IMG/VR virus record: IMGVR_UViG_2531839331_000012
DNA: 44,457 nt
Reading direction: 5' to 3' (one strand)
Source: a virus
Taxonomy: Duplodnaviria; Heunggongvirae; Uroviricota; Caudoviricetes
Shown: positions 40,957 through 44,457 of the stretch, piece by piece
Layout of the letters: every line of letters begins with the position of its first letter
Position numbering within the stretch: position 1 is the first letter of the stretch
The notes under the pieces: generated by a model
Told to the model about the DNA's origin: nothing
Seen by the model: only the letters and a program-made list of their open reading frames with translations
Database searches by the model: none
Made by a program: the position numbers and the translations under genes

Positions 40957-43434
40957 ATGGCAGTAAAGATTTCAGGTGTACTGAAAGACGGCGCAGGTAA
41001 ACCGGTACAGAACTGCACAATCCAGCTGAAAGCAAAACGTAACAGCACCACGGTGGTGGTGAACACGGTGGCCTCAGAAAATCCGGATGAAGCCGGGCGT
41101 TACAGCATGGACGTTGAGTACGGGCAGTACAGCGTTATTCTGTTGGTGGAGGGATTCCCGCCGTCACATGCCGGGACCATCACCGTGTATGAAGACTCAC
41201 AACCGGGTACGCTGAATGATTTTCTCGGTGCCATGACGGAGGATGATGCCCGTCCTGAGGCACTGCGCCGTTTTGAACTGATGGTGGAAGAGGTGGCGCG
41301 TAACGCGTCCGCGGTGGCACAGAACACGGCAGCCGCGAAGAAGTCAGCCAGCGATGCCAGCACATCAGCCCGTGAGGCGGCAACCCATGCGACTGATGCT
41401 GCAGGCTCAGCACGCGCAGCCAGCACGTCAGCCGGACAGGCCGCGTCGTCGGCTCAGTCAGCGTCTTCCAGCGCAGGAACGGCATCAACAAAGGCCACTG
41501 AAGCATCAAAAAGTGCTGCCGCTGCAGAGTCCTCAAAAAGCGCGGCAGCTACCAGTGCCGGTGCGGCGAAAACGTCAGAAACGAATGCGGCAGCGTCACA
41601 ACAATCAGCAGCCACTTCTGCATCCGCCGCGACCACGAAGGCGTCAGAAGCTGCCACCTCAGCCCGGGATGCGGCGGCCTCAAAAGAGGCAGCGAAATCA
41701 TCAGAAACGAACGCATCATCAAGCGCCAGTAGTGCCGCTTCCTCGGCAACGGCGGCAGGCAATTCCGCGAAGGCGGCAAAGACGTCTGAGACAAACGCCA
41801 GGTCTTCTGAAACGGCAGCGGGACAGAGCGCCTCAGCTGCGGCAGGCTCAAAAACAGCGGCTGCGTCGTCTGCCAGTGCCGCGTCAACAAGTGCCGGGCA
41901 GGCCTCAGCCAGTGCCACCGCCGCCGGAAAATCGGCAGAAAGTGCTGCATCGTCCGCTTCAACAGCCACAACGAAGGCTGGCGAAGCCGCTGTACAGGCC
42001 AGCGCAGCAGCGAGGTCTGCTTCCGCAGCGAAGACATCCGAGACGAACGCGAAAGCGTCGGAAACCAGCGCAGAATCCTCAAAAACGGCTGCCGCATCGT
42101 CCGCCAGTTCTGCGGCGTCATCGGCATCATCTGCGTCTGCTTCAAAAGATGAGGCGACCAGACAGGCGTCAGCAGCGAAGGGCAGCGCCACGACGGCATC
42201 CACGAAAGCAACAGAGGCGGCAGGCAGTGCGACGGCAGCATCTCAGAGCAAAACTGCTGCTGAATCCGCTGCGACCCGTGCGGAAGCTGCTGCTGATCGT
42301 GCTGAAGAGATTGCCGGTGCAGTTGCGATGGAAGACGCAAGCCTTACAACTAAAGGTGTTGTGAAACTTAGCAGTGCTGTTGATAGCACCAGTGAATCGC
42401 TGGCCGCAACGCCAAAAGCAGTTAAAGCAGCCAATGACAATGCGAATAGCAGGGTGCCATCTAACCGAAAAGTTAACGGTAAAGCACTGACTGCGGATAT
42501 CACTTTAACCGCCGCGCATGTGGCTGCTTTTGCCAGAAGGGCAACGGATACGTATGCCGATGCGGATGGTGGCGTTCCCTGGAATGCCGAATCAGGCGCT
42601 TACAATGTCACCCGCTCTGGCGACAGCTATATTCTGGTTAACTTCTATACCGGAGTCGGAAGTTGCCGGACCCTGCAGATGAAGGCGCATTACAGAAATG
42701 GTGGTCTGTTCTACCGTTCTTCAAGAGACGGTTATGGTTTTGAAAGTGGTTGGGAGCAGGTTTACACGACTGGATTTAGACCTCAGCCGGCTGATATAAA
42801 CGCACCAACCGCTGCCGCCGGATGGTTAAATAGTGGTAACGGAACAGCATTTACGACTGCTCAGTTTATAACGTGGCTAAATAATCAGGGTGCATTTTCA
42901 AACAAATATTGGATTGCACGGTGCTCATGGGTTTACGCCAACAATAATTATATAGACGACACTGGTTGCGGTAGGATCGATCTATCTGGTTCCGTGATTG
43001 AGGTGTTTAGTAATAAGGCAACAAGCAATTACACTATTCGTGTTACAACGACAACAACATCGGGTCATGGTGGTGTTAATAATGCGGAATTTATTTATGT
43101 GTACAATGGAAGTGGTTATGCGCCAGGCTGGCGTCGTTCTTATAACACCAGAAACAAACCAACAGCTTCTGATGTAGGAGCATTACCGCTTTCAGGTGGC
43201 ACATTATCTGGGGGGGTAACGTCTTCTGGTGAGATCGTTTCAAAATATGCAAATGGTTTCCGCATTGCTTACGGTAACTATGGGTTCTTTATCCGTAATG
43301 ACGGCGGCAGCACATATTTCATGCTAACAGCATCAGGAGATACGTTAGGTTCATGGAACAGTTTGCGACCGATTACAATTAATAATACCAGCGGTGTTGT
43401 GTCCATTGGTAATGAACTGCGCCCCAAAGGTTAG
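40957..43434 (+). CDS. stf: Side tail fibre protein Stf (Ala/Ser-rich repetitive shaft; C-terminus probably truncated by IS insertion)
   Basis: 825 aa from ATG 40957; N-terminal about 350 aa match recalled lambda Stf; ORF terminates a few codons into IS-like inverted repeat. Confidence 0.75.
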   Translation: MAVKISGVLKDGAGKPVQNCTIQLKAKRNSTTVVVNTVASENPDEAGRYSMDVEYGQYSVILLVEGFPPSHAGTITVYEDSQPGTLNDFLGAMTEDDARPEALRRFELMVEEVARNASAVAQNTAAAKKSASDASTSAREAATHATDAAGSARAASTSAGQAASSAQSASSSAGTASTKATEASKSAAAAESSKSAAATSAGAAKTSETNAAASQQSAATSASAATTKASEAATSARDAAASKEAAKSSETNASSSASSAASSATAAGNSAKAAKTSETNARSSETAAGQSASAAAGSKTAAASSASAASTSAGQASASATAAGKSAESAASSASTATTKAGEAAVQASAAARSASAAKTSETNAKASETSAESSKTAAASSASSAASSASSASASKDEATRQASAAKGSATTASTKATEAAGSATAASQSKTAAESAATRAEAAADRAEEIAGAVAMEDASLTTKGVVKLSSAVDSTSESLAATPKAVKAANDNANSRVPSNRKVNGKALTADITLTAAHVAAFARRATDTYADADGGVPWNAESGAYNVTRSGDSYILVNFYTGVGSCRTLQMKAHYRNGGLFYRSSRDGYGFESGWEQVYTTGFRPQPADINAPTAAAGWLNSGNGTAFTTAQFITWLNNQGAFSNKYWIARCSWVYANNNYIDDTGCGRIDLSGSVIEVFSNKATSNYTIRVTTTTTSGHGGVNNAEFIYVYNGSGYAPGWRRSYNTRNKPTASDVGALPLSGGTLSGGVTSSGEIVSKYANGFRIAYGNYGFFIRNDGGSTYFMLTASGDTLGSWNSLRPITINNTSGVVSIGNELRPKG
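41330..42300 (+). repeat. Imperfect tandem coding repeats inside stf (recurrent A-K-T-S-E-T-N-A / S-A-A-x-S units)
   Basis: Repeated GC-rich Ala/Ser codon blocks; generate long spurious ORFs in other frames and on the opposite strand. Confidence 0.7.
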
Positions 43435-43459
43435 ACACCAGACCAAAAACTGAGGATGC

Positions 43460-43966
43460 ATGGAAAAGTTTTCATTGGAGTTCAAAAAGGTAGTATCAGA
43501 AAAGTACCTGGAGGGAGAGTTGAGTCTGAAATCTGTAGCAAGGATGTACGGTATCAGTCCCTGCACAGTAAGAAAATGGGCTTATGCCTATCGGGAACAT
43601 GGGATAAGCATACTTACGGGTAAAAAAGGACGCTATTCTGCTGAGTTAAAACTCACAGTAGTAAAAGAAGTCGTGGATGACTGTTTTTCTGTTCGTGAAG
43701 TAGCGGTAAAACACGGAATACCAGCCTTTGGTACTGTATGCAACTGGCTTGAAAAATATAGAAAATATGGCGAAGATGCTTTCATTCGAAAAAATAAAAA
43801 GAGTATTCCTGTGCCGGATAAAAGCGCCATTTCAGCACCACCACTACCAACATTAACCAAAGATGAGAGAGAAGAACTTGAACAACTCAGGGTCGAGAAT
43901 GCCTACTTAAAAAAGCTGAAAGCCTTGGTTCAGCAGAAAACATGCTCAACGTTCAGGAAAAAGTGA
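43460..43966 (+). CDS. IS3-family transposase OrfA (HTH DNA-binding subunit)
   Basis: 168-aa ORF with HTH and leucine-zipper-like C-terminus; SD GAGG; slippery A AAA AAG at 43909-43915. Confidence 0.8.
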   Translation: MEKFSLEFKKVVSEKYLEGELSLKSVARMYGISPCTVRKWAYAYREHGISILTGKKGRYSAELKLTVVKEVVDDCFSVREVAVKHGIPAFGTVCNWLEKYRKYGEDAFIRKNKKSIPVPDKSAISAPPLPTLTKDEREELEQLRVENAYLKKLKALVQQKTCSTFRKK

Positions 43967-44457
43967 GCATTGTGAATGAACTAAGGCAGGAATGGCCATT
44001 GTCCCGATTGTTAATTGTTTCCGGGCTGCCCCGGAGTACATTTTACTATCATGTCAGACGGCTTGCTGCTCCTGACCGGTATCAGTCTGCCAGAGCGCTT
44101 GTGCTGAAAATTTATCACCAGCACAAAGGCCGCTATGGTTACAGACGCATCAGGCTGGCATGTCGTAACGAGGGGGTTTTACTTAATGGTAAAACCGTCA
44201 GAAAACTGATGAAGGAACTGGGTATTAGCAGCCTGATCCGCGTTAAAAAATACCGTTCATATAAAGGAGAACAAGGACGAATTTGCGATAATCTCCTGAA
44301 ACGCAATTTTGATGCAAAACGCCCCAACGAGAAGTGGGTTACAGATGTCACTGAATTTAAAGTGAATGGCAAGAAGCTGTATTTGTCGCCCGTCATGGAT
44401 CTTTATAATGGAGAAATAATTTCCTATAACCTCGCCACTCGCCCTCAACCTTCAATG
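43909..44457 (+). CDS. IS3-family transposase OrfB (integrase catalytic domain), -1 frame, 3' partial
   Basis: Open -1 frame from slippery site to window end, hand-translated (KKAESLGSAENMLNVQEKVSIVNELRQEWPLSRLLIVSGLPRSTFYYHVRR...). Confidence 0.7.

Larger units (their letters stand above)
43413..44457 (+). mobile_element. IS3-family insertion sequence (partial, continues beyond window); left inverted repeat begins TGAACTGCGCCCC at about 43413
   Basis: IS3-type terminal TGAAC...IR, orfA then orfB in -1 frame with A AAA AAG slippery site. Confidence 0.75.

Noticed and set aside
41354-42364. 336-aa Arg/Pro/Gln-rich ORF on + strand and overlapping long minus-strand ORFs (41454-42203, 41549-42340)
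   Set aside because: Alternative-frame artefacts of the GC-rich, repetitive Ala/Ser-coding shaft of stf; the stf frame matches lambda Stf, these do not resemble real proteins.

Overview
The window holds the E. coli chromosomal gene ybhC (1-1284, minus strand) followed by a lambda-family prophage integrated at the lambda attB site. The attL core GCTTTTTTATACTAA sits at 1331-1345, and the prophage runs int to tail fibres on the + strand to the window end. Gene identities rest on recalled protein sequences and lambda gene order, not on a database search. The backbone is close to lambda for int/xis, orf55, orf63/orf60a, exo/bet/gam, P/ren and cos/Nu1 through I, with head and tail genes collinear with lambda. 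Five modules are replaced: (1) the ea8.5/ea22 slot; (2) the immunity region, which has a different CI-like repressor, Cro and operators and no N, cII or cIII; (3) the nin region, which is DLP12-like (emrE, ybcK, ybcN, ninE, ybcO, rusA, ylcG, quuD); (4) the Q-lysis region, with an nmpC porin, S21-type pinholin, SAR endolysin and Rz/Rz1; (5) the tail-fibre end. J and lom carry clustered small frameshifts, and stf appears cut at its 3' end by an IS3-family element that runs off the window. No rRNA, tRNA or CRISPR was seen. The best candidates for undescribed cargo are an AT-rich HNH-nuclease-domain gene (13984-14766) in the ybcK-ybcN slot, an AT-rich oppositely oriented membrane-protein gene (3207-3737) next to xis, and an N-less pL leader with a strong hairpin plus a boxA-only site after cro. 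None of these can be confirmed from sequence alone.
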